In this document: positions 9,359 through 18,728 of the stretch, piece after piece | Layout: every line of letters begins with the position of its first letter | Numbering within the stretch: the stretch's first letter is position 1 | The notes under the pieces: model-generated | Seen by the model: the letters and a program-made list of their open reading frames with translations, nothing else | Told to the model about the DNA's origin: nothing | The model's database searches: none | Made by a program: the position numbers and the translations under genes | Assembly (NCBI GenBank): GCA_902566315.1 | Contig: CACFIL010000001.1 | Location: 7,977-71,976, forward strand | Direction: 5' to 3' | Length of the DNA stretch: 64,000 bases | Origin: an uncultured Pelagibacteraceae bacterium | Lineage (GTDB): Bacteria > Pseudomonadota > Alphaproteobacteria > Pelagibacterales > Pelagibacteraceae

Positions 9359-9765
9359 TGTTATATTTTGCTTACGGAAGTAATCTTAATCTTTTTCAAA
9401 TGAAACGGAGATGTAAAGATTCTGTTTTCATAAAAAAATACGAACTTAAAGGCTATAAATTAAACTTTAGAAGCAAATATAGAGCTGCTGATATAGAGCA
9501 GAGTAAAAATTCTTTGGTTCCTGGAGCATTATTTGAAATATCAAAAAGTGATGAAAAAAAACTAGATGTTTATGAAGATTATCCAATTCTTTATAAAAAA
9601 CTTTATTTTACTTATTACAATAAAACAGTGATGACTTATATTATGGTTAATAAATCAGAATTTAGATTTCCAACTGAAAGATATTTAAATGTTGTTAAAC
9701 GTGGTTACAAAGACTGTAAGTTAGACACTAAATATTTAAAAGTTGCCCTTCAACCAGTTAAGTGA
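9358..9765 (+). CDS. gamma-glutamylcyclotransferase family protein
   Basis: YFAYGSNL and LDVYE motifs. Confidence 0.88.
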   Translation: MLYFAYGSNLNLFQMKRRCKDSVFIKKYELKGYKLNFRSKYRAADIEQSKNSLVPGALFEISKSDEKKLDVYEDYPILYKKLYFTYYNKTVMTYIMVNKSEFRFPTERYLNVVKRGYKDCKLDTKYLKVALQPVK

Positions 9766-10452
9766 ATGTTATCAAAAAAACAAATATTTACTAAAGGAAT
9801 ATTAGCTGTTGCACCGCATATGTTTTCAGTAATTCCTTTTGGAATTGTATGTGGAGCAATTGGTATTGAGTTAGGTTTTAGTCCAGTATTAGTTTATGCA
9901 ATGTCTATCATTATATTTGGTGGAGCTTCTCAAATTGTTTTTTTACAGCTTCTTTCTGGAGGAGCATCTGCATTAATTGCAGTAACTTCAGTTGGGGTAA
10001 TAAATTCAAGACACTTATTATATGGGGCTGTTTTATCTGAATACTTAGAAAAACTGTCATTTATAAAGAAATTATTGATATCTTATTTAGTCGTAGATCA
10101 AGGTTTTGCAGAGTCTAACAAGTTCTTTCAAAAAAACAAAAATGAAACAAATCTTCATTATCACCTATTAGGAAGTGGTGGAACCTTATGGATTTGTTGG
10201 CAGATATCTACATTAGCTGGAATAATTCTTGGCTCGTTTGTGCCTGAGGAATTAGGATTGAAATTTGCAGTTCCTTTAACTTTTATCGCAATTGTTGTTC
10301 AAGATATCAAAAAATTAGATCATGTAATAGTTATGATTACATGTGGTTTAAGTTCTTTATTATTTTTTGATGCACCTTTTAAATCCTACATAATCATTTC
10401 GCCAATTATTGCATTGTTTGTTGCTGCCTTAGTTTTGAGGTTAAAAAAATGA
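9766..10452 (+). CDS. azlC: AzlC family amino-acid exporter, large subunit
   Basis: FGGASQ, INSRHLLYG, hydrophobic profile. Confidence 0.88.
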   Translation: MLSKKQIFTKGILAVAPHMFSVIPFGIVCGAIGIELGFSPVLVYAMSIIIFGGASQIVFLQLLSGGASALIAVTSVGVINSRHLLYGAVLSEYLEKLSFIKKLLISYLVVDQGFAESNKFFQKNKNETNLHYHLLGSGGTLWICWQISTLAGIILGSFVPEELGLKFAVPLTFIAIVVQDIKKLDHVIVMITCGLSSLLFFDAPFKSYIIISPIIALFVAALVLRLKK

Positions 10453-10760
10453 CTTGGTTTACAATTATAATTGCAGGGATAATTACTTATTTTATGAGAA
10501 TGACTATGGTTGCTTTAGTAGACAGGGATCTATTAGGAGAGCGAGTAAAAGCTGTATTGGCATATGTTCCATCAGCCGTATTTCCAGCAATAATATTTCC
10601 TGGAATATTTATAAATGATTATGGAAATTTTATAGAAATGAATGATCCAAAAATTTTTGGAGCAATAGTGGCTATACTAGTTGGTTATTTTTCAAGAAAT
10701 GTAATAGCTACTATAATATCTGGACTATTTTCATATTGGATTATTATATTTTTATTATAA
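10449..10760 (+). CDS. azlD: AzlD family exporter, small subunit
   Basis: TYFMR, L-YVP-A motifs, ATGA-coupled to azlC. Confidence 0.85.
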   Translation: MTWFTIIIAGIITYFMRMTMVALVDRDLLGERVKAVLAYVPSAVFPAIIFPGIFINDYGNFIEMNDPKIFGAIVAILVGYFSRNVIATIISGLFSYWIIIFLL

Positions 10761-10769
10761 AATTAACTG

Positions 10770-11669
10770 ATGAGTATCACTAGAACTGAGAGTAACTTTT
10801 ACAAAAAGAATGGCTACTTAGTTAAAGATCAGCTTATTTCAAAGAAAGATATCAATAAGTTAAATGCTTTAATTAATAAAATTGTAACCAAAGAAAAGAA
10901 CAGTAGAAAAAAAGTTAAAGATCAAGGTGGCACACAAAGCTACAACAATTATCACTTTGTATTCAATAGCAACTCTTCAAAAAACAAAGAAATACTTAGA
11001 TTAAATAACCCTCAAAATAAAAATAAATTATTTTATGATTTATCAAGAAATAAAAAAATTATTGATATTGTTAAAAAGTTAATTGGTGGAACAGTAAGAT
11101 TTCATCTTGGAAAATTAAATTTTAAATTACCTAATAAGAAAAAGGGTAGTTTAGTTGAATGGCATCAGGACTTTGCTTTTTATCCACATACAAATGATGA
11201 TTTAATAACAGTAGGTATTTATCTTGAGGATTGTGATGAAAAAAATGGTCCATTAAAGGTTATAAAAGGTTCTCACAAAAAAGAATTATTTAGTCATCAT
11301 AGTCATGATAATTACTTTGTAGGTAAAATTAATACTAAAAAAAATAAGATTAATTTTAAAAAATCAGTATCGTTAACTGGTAAAGCAGGTTCAGTTGCAT
11401 TCTTTCATTGTCGCACAATTCATGGCTCAGGCTTAAATTATACTAATGGTTCAAGACCTTTAATACTATTTGGTTATAGAGCATGTGATGCTTGGCCTAT
11501 TATCAATGATGGAAATCCGCATCCAGAAACAAATTTTGAAAATTATGATGCAAATATTATTTATGGAAAAAAATCAATAGTCCCAAGATGTACTGATGTA
11601 CCTGTAATTATTCCATTACCTAAAAAGAAACATTATGTGTCTATTTATCAGCTCCAAAAAAGTAGGTAA
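10770..11669 (+). CDS. PhyH-family Fe(II)/2OG dioxygenase
   Basis: FYKKNGYLV, KLNFK, WHQD, NGPLKVIKGSHK, FHCRTIHGS and R of the 2OG site. Confidence 0.9.
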   Translation: MSITRTESNFYKKNGYLVKDQLISKKDINKLNALINKIVTKEKNSRKKVKDQGGTQSYNNYHFVFNSNSSKNKEILRLNNPQNKNKLFYDLSRNKKIIDIVKKLIGGTVRFHLGKLNFKLPNKKKGSLVEWHQDFAFYPHTNDDLITVGIYLEDCDEKNGPLKVIKGSHKKELFSHHSHDNYFVGKINTKKNKINFKKSVSLTGKAGSVAFFHCRTIHGSGLNYTNGSRPLILFGYRACDAWPIINDGNPHPETNFENYDANIIYGKKSIVPRCTDVPVIIPLPKKKHYVSIYQLQKSR

Positions 11670-11718
11670 ATTTTATCCAATTATTTTTTTAAATCTCTTA
11701 ATTAATTCGTTAATTTAT

Positions 11719-11784
11719 TTATAAAATATGAAGAAATATTGTTGCTAATTTAATAATAACTAAAGCTTCCATTCCAACAAACAT
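11719..11784 (-). CDS. possible 21-aa hydrophobic small protein MFVGMEALVIIKLATIFLHIL
   Basis: ATG 2 nt after the stop of the 11787-12362 gene, same strand. Not in the ORF track. Confidence 0.3.
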   Translation of the reverse strand: MFVGMEALVIIKLATIFLHIL

Positions 11785-11786
11785 AA

Positions 11787-12362
11787 TTAACTCTTTATTA
11801 TTTCTCCAGGTCCAAAACACATTCTTTGTGCTTCTTTTATTTTATGAGGTAATAGATCCAGTTTCCAACTGTTATCCAATATATCAAAATGCTCATCTGG
11901 ATTGTATTTTTCACTTCTAGCTAGTTGGATACTAAACTCTTTTTCATGATTATACATTTTCATTAAATTATCTATAAATTCATCCAGATCATAAAAACCT
12001 TTAGTCTGCATCATCACAATGGTCATCCCATACATTGGGTGAACTGTTATTACTCTTGCTGCTCTTAAGTCTTTCCATTGATTAATCTTAATTGGCAAAT
12101 CTATATTCTGTAAATCCTCAATATTTTTTACATCTTTCGTAGTTGAAAAGGAAAAAAGCATACCAACCTCAAAACAGTCAGACTTTCTAATAAAAAATCT
12201 TAATTTATCACCATGAATTACTTCCCCAGGAACTGCTGCAACAACGTAATCTCCAAAATCATTTATATACCACTCGTCATCCTCAGCTTTAGCATGAGGA
12301 TGAACGAGTAAGAGGATTCCTAAAGCAACTAAATGAAGAAAAAAGAATAATGATAATCTCAC
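11787..12362 (-). CDS. hypothetical secreted protein
   Basis: Hydrophobic N-terminus with AKA cleavage motif. No recognisable domain. Confidence 0.7.
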   Translation of the reverse strand: MRLSLFFFLHLVALGILLLVHPHAKAEDDEWYINDFGDYVVAAVPGEVIHGDKLRFFIRKSDCFEVGMLFSFSTTKDVKNIEDLQNIDLPIKINQWKDLRAARVITVHPMYGMTIVMMQTKGFYDLDEFIDNLMKMYNHEKEFSIQLARSEKYNPDEHFDILDNSWKLDLLPHKIKEAQRMCFGPGEIIKS

Positions 12363-12471
12363 GATTCTATTTCTAGAATATTGATTTGTTTTAATTAGGT
12401 TCTAATTTAGGTGCGATTATGAAAAAATATCACATTTTAAACACAGATTATTTTAAGTATAAGTTTAACAT

Positions 12472-12540
12472 ATGAAATATATTTTATTGGGTGCCGCCAT
12501 CGCTTTTGCAATGTATTTAGGCGACAAATACATACTGTAA
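12472..12540 (+). CDS. possible 22-aa small membrane protein MKYILLGAAIAFAMYLGDKYIL
   Basis: Clean ATG-TAA, GC-richer than flanks, single TM-like helix. Confidence 0.4.
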   Translation: MKYILLGAAIAFAMYLGDKYIL

Positions 12541-12556
12541 AATTTAAAAAGGCTAT

Positions 12557-13467
12557 TTAAAAGATTAAATTTTTAACCAAATCTTCTTTCACAATTATAA
12601 AATTTCCACAAACTTGATGGTTTCCTTTTAGGTTATCTAACATTGTGTGTATATTATCCAAAGTAGTCTCTTTTCCAGATATATCTAAAATACAAAGATC
12701 GTTTTCTTTTAGAAAGTCATTAAATTTTTTTTTGAGTATATGTCACTTGCAACTGACATTTTAGAAAATTCCACCAGGAATACTGTAAAATAATTTTTAA
12801 TTAAATTTTTTGAACCGTAAACAGCATTTATATCATAACCCTCTAAATCAATTTTAATAAATAACTTTGTATTATTGGTAATATCGATTTGAGCATCATC
12901 TATAAATTTGTCTAAGGTTATTACTTTGATAATCTTTATATCGTTATTTGCATTTTCACCTTCAACTATCAAACCACCTTTTGTCGAATTTTTTTCTAAA
13001 TTATCATTTTTAAATTTGAAAGAACCTTCTTTGTCTCCAATACCTAAATATGAAGTTTCAATATTTCTAATATTATTTAATAAAATATTTTGTTTCAAAT
13101 ACTCCATTTCTTGGATTGAAGGTTCGAAAGCTATTATCTTACAATTTCTGTTAGATGCTGCTATTGGTATAGTATAAAAACCCTGATTTGCTCCACAATC
13201 AATAAATACTGAATTATCATTAATATTTTTAATAAAAAAATTAATTTCCCTCTCATCATGTAAAGTAACTTTACTAAGTAATGATCTACTATAATTTTTT
13301 CTTTGTGGATAAGAATAGAAAAAAAATTTTCCAAAATTAAGTTTAATTGGTCCAGTTACAAATGATTTAAAAAGTGTAAAAATAATATAAAAGATTTTTT
13401 TTTTGAAATTGGTATTTATTCTATAATGAGGGTAAAGATCACATATTTTTTGAAATATTTTGTCCAT
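12557..13467 (-). pseudogene. FkbM family methyltransferase, frameshifted at an A9 tract
   Basis: FIDCGANQGFYT, IAFEP, IKIDLEG motifs. The ORF stops at 12709, but one extra A in the tract at 12725-12733 extends the frame (KKKFNDFLKENDL...CGNFIIVKEDLVKNLIF) to TAA at 12557. Confidence 0.75.
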
Positions 13468-13573
13468 TTAAGAATATTTTTACTATCTATTTAAAGTATT
13501 ATCTTTATTTTTAATCGTTTTATACGTCAATATTATACACCATTTACTATTAAAAATTTGATAAGAACGAAAT

Positions 13574-14017
13574 ATGAGTGCTGAAACATTTAAACTTAAT
13601 TGGAATTGCAAACACACTTGGAGACGTAGCGCTAAGAATACGGCTTGGTGTTTATTAGGTTGTGCTATTGGTGATTTTGGAACTATATTATTTTTTCAAA
13701 TAACCAAAATCCCTTTCCCAGTTTTAAGCATTATGATTTTAGCAATAATTAACGGATTAATAACAAGTGTAATATTAGAAACTTTTATTCTAATTAAACA
13801 AAAGTTTACTTTTCAAAAAGCATTAAAGACAGCTTTAGGAATGAGCTTTATTTCTATGATTAGTATGGAAGTTGCTATGAATTTTACAGATTATTTATTA
13901 ACAGGAGGTGCAATGCTCACTTGGTGGGTTGTGCCCATAATGTTAGCTGTTGGATTTGTAACACCATGGCCATATAATTATTGGAGACTTAAAAAGCATA
14001 ATCAAGCTTGTCATTAA
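13574..14017 (+). CDS. DUF4396-like membrane protein
   Basis: TAWCLLGCAIGD, SFISMISME, PWPYNYW pattern with four TM segments. Confidence 0.75.
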   Translation: MSAETFKLNWNCKHTWRRSAKNTAWCLLGCAIGDFGTILFFQITKIPFPVLSIMILAIINGLITSVILETFILIKQKFTFQKALKTALGMSFISMISMEVAMNFTDYLLTGGAMLTWWVVPIMLAVGFVTPWPYNYWRLKKHNQACH

Positions 14018-14039
14018 ATTAATTAACCAAAGGAATTAA

Positions 14040-14225
14040 ATGAGAATATTAAAAGAATTGGAAGATGCAAAATTAGTAATTGTTGATTTAGAAGTAAGGT
14101 TAGGAGAAGAAGTAAGAAGTGCGCCAACTTTATGTGCTAAATATAAAGGTAAAATTATACCTCTAAATACCGCACATGATGGTAGACCAATATTAATGAA
14201 AGAAGAAAATTCAATAGAAAACTAA
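14040..14225 (+). CDS. small hypothetical protein
   Basis: AAAGGA ribosome-binding site upstream, operon position. Confidence 0.65.
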   Translation: MRILKELEDAKLVIVDLEVRLGEEVRSAPTLCAKYKGKIIPLNTAHDGRPILMKEENSIEN

Positions 14226-14228
14226 ATT

Positions 14229-14627
14229 ATGATTGAACAGATTAGTATTTACTTAACAGCTATGATTTTAGGAATAATGTTATTCTTCTCATTTGTTATT
14301 GCTCCAGTAGTATTTACTACCTTAGATGAAGAGAATGCACGAAAGTTTATAAGAAGAATATTCCCTTTTTATTATAATGTTAATTTAGGAATTAGTTTTA
14401 TTGTTCTAATAATATTTTTTTTTCTAAGTAAATTAGGAATTGATCTTTATCTAATTTTAGCAATCACAATTTTATTTGCAATATCAAACTATTTACTGAT
14501 GCCATTAATTAACAAATATAGAGATCAAAAAGAGGATAAGAAATTTAAATATTCCCATTTAATTTCAGTAGTTATTAATTTTGTTCAAATGATTTGTTTA
14601 GTATTTCTTTTAATTAAAGAAACTTAA
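14229..14627 (+). CDS. DUF4149-like membrane protein
   Basis: FFSFVIAPVVF, R-IFP-Y, L-P-IN, F..H..SV-IN. Confidence 0.75.
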   Translation: MIEQISIYLTAMILGIMLFFSFVIAPVVFTTLDEENARKFIRRIFPFYYNVNLGISFIVLIIFFFLSKLGIDLYLILAITILFAISNYLLMPLINKYRDQKEDKKFKYSHLISVVINFVQMICLVFLLIKET

Positions 14628-15382
14628 GTATTTTGTCTTTTGATTTTTAAATAAATATTTTTAAATATCGGACGATAAAGCTCATAAATTGTAAGACAAA
14701 CGAAGTACATATTTGATATTAACCATATAACAAGAAATAAATAATCAAAATTATTGTTTAGAACATAGAATGAACTTAATAAAATTTTAAATGAAGAAAC
14801 AAACCATATAAACATAAATACTGCAGAATATCTTTTGTATTTATTTACTCTTAATGGATGAATAAATTTGATTGGAATAAATTTTAATAATATACAGGCA
14901 GATATAAGAAATAAATTATAGGTTTGAGAAAGATCAAATAAATACAAATAAAAAAGCAATATATTCCAGATACATGGGAAACCTTTGTAAAAATTATCTG
15001 ATGTCATCAAATTATTATTTGAATATGATATTGCTGATATAATCAAAATAATTGAAGGTATAATTATTTCAAAAGGTGTGGGAACAAATTTAAACCAATA
15101 TATCATTGCAGATGGAATTATTATGTAATTGAAAAAATCAATTACACTATCAAGCATTTTTCCATCTATATTTTTTACAAAAACAGATACTTTAAATTTC
15201 CTAGCCAATGTCCCATCTGCAGCATCAATTAATAATGCAAGACCTAAAAACAAAAAGGCTGAAATCTTGTCATTTTTGAATACGCAAATTAACGCTAAAA
15301 AACCCGAAATAAGTCCAGAACATGTTAAAAAATGAACGGACCAGGCTAAAAGATAATCTATATTTTTTTTAGTTTTAAACAT
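14624..15382 (-). CDS. pcs: phosphatidylcholine synthase-like CDP-alcohol phosphatidyltransferase
   Basis: AWSVHFLTCSG, DAADGTLAR...DG..LD.VID, DNFYKGFP.IWN, HPLRV motifs typical of Pcs. Confidence 0.75.
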   Translation of the reverse strand: MFKTKKNIDYLLAWSVHFLTCSGLISGFLALICVFKNDKISAFLFLGLALLIDAADGTLARKFKVSVFVKNIDGKMLDSVIDFFNYIIIPSAMIYWFKFVPTPFEIIIPSIILIISAISYSNNNLMTSDNFYKGFPCIWNILLFYLYLFDLSQTYNLFLISACILLKFIPIKFIHPLRVNKYKRYSAVFMFIWFVSSFKILLSSFYVLNNNFDYLFLVIWLISNMYFVCLTIYELYRPIFKNIYLKIKRQNT

Positions 15383-15528
15383 CCATTTTTTTATCTCATG
15401 ACCGATAAATTCGAAGATTAATTCTTGTCGCGCTAAAAAATGTTCAAAATATCTCCATTAAAACTTTTAATTATTTACATTCATGTCAAAAATTGACAAA
15501 TTTGTTTATTAACCAAAAGGAAAAACCT

Positions 15529-16535
15529 ATGAAAGATCCCACCGTAATTGGAGTTATTGGTTTAGGTAATGCAGGTAAACCAATTTTAAATAATTTACAT
15601 AAATTAAAGAAATATAAGCTTATTGCTTTTGATATTGATAAAAACAAATTTAATGAAGTTCCTAAAGGTATTATTAAAGCGAACTCTATCAAAGAACTCG
15701 CAAAGAAATGTAAGGCGGTTTTAACTTGCTTGCCTAAACCAGAACATGTTTTACAGGCTGTTGATGGTAAAGATGGTTTGTTACAAAATGCGAACTCTGG
15801 GATGATTTGGATAGACACATCCACAACTGATTTTAAACAAACACAACAATTATCAGGAAAAGCAAAAACCTATGGTGTTTCAATGCTAGAAGCAACTCTA
15901 ACAGGTGGGGTTCATGCTTTACAAAATAATAATATGGTTGCTTAGATGGTGGAGATAAAGAAATTTTCAATAGTTGGAAAGAAGTTTTGCGGGATGCAAT
16001 TGGTGAAATAGTTGTTTTATGTGGAGAAATAGGGGCAGGAGCAATTGCAAAAGTTGTCTCAAACATGCTTGCATTTACTAATATGGTTGCAGCATCTGAA
16101 TGTATGATGATTGCAAAAAGAGCTGGATTAGATTTAGAGACTTTTTTTGATGCAATTCGAGTTTCGGCAGGTAATTCTTTTGCCTGGGAAACAGTTGTGC
16201 CTCATATTTTTAATCAAAAATATGAATCTGGATTTACAATGGATTTAGCATGCAAAGATATGAATTTAAGTTATTTACTTGGGCAACATTTAAATGTGCC
16301 GCTAGATTTACATATGGAAGTTAAAAAAAAAATGGATGAAGCGAGAATTAAATATGGAGACAGTGAGGGCTGCTATGTATACCCACGTACACTTGAGGAT
16401 AAACTTGGTGAACCATTATCATTAAAAGGTTGGGATAACTGGGGTTACGATATAAAAGTTGTTGATGGATCAATCGTTGTAAATCATAAAAACAGACCTC
16501 AATCAAAACATCCTCAATATAATTCAAAGAGTTAA
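15529..16535 (+). pseudogene. 3-hydroxyisobutyrate/6-phosphogluconate dehydrogenase-family oxidoreductase, split by a single-base frameshift near 15940
   Basis: The N-half has GVIGLGNAG, TCLP, IDTST. The C-half has GAGAIAKVVSN, FTMDLACKD. One added base at 15940-15943 gives ...NNMVALDGGDKEIF... joining both ORFs. AAAGGA RBS before ATG 15529. Confidence 0.8.
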
Positions 16536-16558
16536 ATAAAATTTCTTCAAGTATATAA

Positions 16559-17779
16559 TTAAATATATCTCATGTTATCTTCGTTAACTGCTTTTTCTAA
16601 TCTTATTAAAAAATCTGGTATTGCACTCTTAACTCTGCTCCATGTGGGAATAAAAGGTGTATCCATTGGATTTTGATAGAAAGCATCTCCTGCTTTCATA
16701 ATATTTGCAGCAAATAATTCAACAGCCTTTTCCTCTGTATGAGAATCAAATTTTAAGCCATTCATTTGTGCATCGTTTCTGTAAGCATCTATTAGATCTA
16801 ATGCAGCCCTGTAGTAGGTTGCTTTTAAAGATCTAAACTGTTCTTTACTAAAGGAGTGACCTTGAGTTGCTAATTTTTTTATAAATGTTTTTATAATATC
16901 TATAGACATTCTTGATAGACCTTGCTTTTCATTATTAATAGACAAGTTTTGATGTTTGTGATCATAGGTATCAGCCAAATCTACCTGACAAATATTTTGT
17001 GGAGAAAAGTTTCTTTGCATTTCTGATAGAATTCCTATTTCTATTCCCCAATCTGATGAAATTCTTAATTCAGGTAAAATATTTCTTCTAAATGAAAATT
17101 CTCCTGCTAATGGATATTTAAATGACTTCATAAAATTTAAGTAATCGCTATTTCCTATTGTTTTCTCTAATGCTTTTAATAATGGAAATACAAGCAATCT
17201 AGCAACTCTCCCATTCATTTTGTTATCCGCAACTCTTGGATAAAAACCTTTGCAAAATTCAAAATTAAATAATGGATTTACAACAGGATAAAAAAGTTTT
17301 GCTAACATTCTTCGATCATAAGTTTTTATGTCACAATCATGTAATGCAACAGACCTTGCACTATCTCTTGCTATAGACATACCAATACAATACCAAACAT
17401 TTCTACCTTTTCCATATTCATTAGGAGCAAGTCCTAATTTTTTTAATTCTTTATCTAATTTTTTGAGATTTGGTCCATCGTTCCAAAGAATTGTAAATGG
17501 TGTTTCTAATTTTTCAAAAAATGTCCAAGCTTTTCTAGCTTGAGCTTCTGTAGCTTTATCTAGACCTATAATTATGTGATTTAAATAATTTGTTTTACTT
17601 ATCTCACTTATAATTTTTGGCAGTGCATCACCTTTTAATTCTGAATAAAGACAAGGTAAAATAAGTTCCATTTTTCTTTCTTTGGAAAATTTTAATAGAT
17701 CTTTTTCTAAATCTTTTGTTGATTTAGTTCCAAAGTCATGGAGCGTTGATATAGTGCCATCTTGATAGAAATCACTCAT
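16559..17779 (-). CDS. glucosyl-/mannosyl-3-phosphoglycerate synthase (GpgS-like)
   Basis: DFYQDG..TLH, GKGRNVW, ALHDCDI, GRVARLL, YPLAGEF, DWGIEIG, YDHKHQ. Adjacent to the cognate phosphatase. Confidence 0.85.
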   Translation of the reverse strand: MSDFYQDGTISTLHDFGTKSTKDLEKDLLKFSKERKMELILPCLYSELKGDALPKIISEISKTNYLNHIIIGLDKATEAQARKAWTFFEKLETPFTILWNDGPNLKKLDKELKKLGLAPNEYGKGRNVWYCIGMSIARDSARSVALHDCDIKTYDRRMLAKLFYPVVNPLFNFEFCKGFYPRVADNKMNGRVARLLVFPLLKALEKTIGNSDYLNFMKSFKYPLAGEFSFRRNILPELRISSDWGIEIGILSEMQRNFSPQNICQVDLADTYDHKHQNLSINNEKQGLSRMSIDIIKTFIKKLATQGHSFSKEQFRSLKATYYRAALDLIDAYRNDAQMNGLKFDSHTEEKAVELFAANIMKAGDAFYQNPMDTPFIPTWSRVKSAIPDFLIRLEKAVNEDNMRYI

Positions 17780-17793
17780 GGCCGCAACCTATC

Positions 17794-18597
17794 CTATGTT
17801 TTAATTTTTTGTATAGCCGTTTTGATCACATCTGCCCATCCTTTAGGAGATGGCTCACTAGATTTAATTAAATTATCTATATTTACCAACGCACTATCAA
17901 AACTATTATTTTTAACCAAACATGGGTAATCGCTATGTTTAAGCATATCAATGTCATTTTGGTTGTCACCAACACCAATACTTATTATTTCATTGTCTAT
18001 TTCTTTATTGATTAATTCTATAGTTTTACACATAGCTTTTGATTTATTAACATTGTCACAAATATTCATTATTCTTCCTCCAGTCTGAACTGTTAATCCT
18101 GAGTCATTTATAATTTTAATAAATTCATTTTTCTCAATTTCAATCCCATTAAATTTAATTGGTAATGAATAGTTTCTCTTAATAGCAAGATTCATTTTTT
18201 CTAATGGAAGACCAAATATTTCTCGTTGTTCATTGGATTTTAAATTTAAAATAAAAGTAATTTTAGATTTTAACTTAGGAGGAATCTTTTGATTATAAAC
18301 ATTGTAAATTTCATCTGAAGTTCTGCTTAAAAATATTTTTTTAGGCAGATTTTTATGTATCAAGTTTAAGCCATGAATTGATGAACCATTTTCAGCAATA
18401 AAACTTAAATTTAAATTGTACTGATTATTAAAATCTGACAATTCAGCTTCTGTTTTGCTAGAGTTGGGAATTATTATTATACCTATTGAAATAAGTTCTC
18501 TAAAATAATCCTCAATTTCATCAAACTCAAATGTATTTTTATCTAACAAAGATCCATCTAGATCAGTAAAAATTACAATTTGTTTTTTTTGTTTCAT
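17794..18597 (-). CDS. HAD-IIB glucosyl/mannosyl-3-phosphoglycerate phosphatase
   Basis: FTDLDGSLL, NSSKT.AE, AENGS, GGR, GDNQND. Confidence 0.88.
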   Translation of the reverse strand: MKQKKQIVIFTDLDGSLLDKNTFEFDEIEDYFRELISIGIIIIPNSSKTEAELSDFNNQYNLNLSFIAENGSSIHGLNLIHKNLPKKIFLSRTSDEIYNVYNQKIPPKLKSKITFILNLKSNEQREIFGLPLEKMNLAIKRNYSLPIKFNGIEIEKNEFIKIINDSGLTVQTGGRIMNICDNVNKSKAMCKTIELINKEIDNEIISIGVGDNQNDIDMLKHSDYPCLVKNNSFDSALVNIDNLIKSSEPSPKGWADVIKTAIQKIKT

Positions 18598-18638
18598 TAA
18601 AGTAAATATTAACATAAATACTCATGAAAATAACTAAT

Positions 18639-18724
18639 GCCCTCGTGGTGAAATTGGTAGACACAAAGGACTTAAAATCCTTGCCATTTATGGAGTGCCA
18701 GTTCGAGTCTGGCCGAGGGCACCA
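18639..18724 (+). tRNA. tRNA-Leu(TAA)
   Basis: GCCCTCG/CGAGGGC acceptor stem, AAGGA-CTTAAAA-TCCTT anticodon arm, long variable arm, GTTCGAGT, CCA. Confidence 0.96.
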
Positions 18725-18728
18725 CTAA

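Noticed and set aside
12410-12437. GGTGCGATTAT resembles the XerC arm of dif
   Set aside because: The sequence at the XerD position (ATATCACATTT) does not match.
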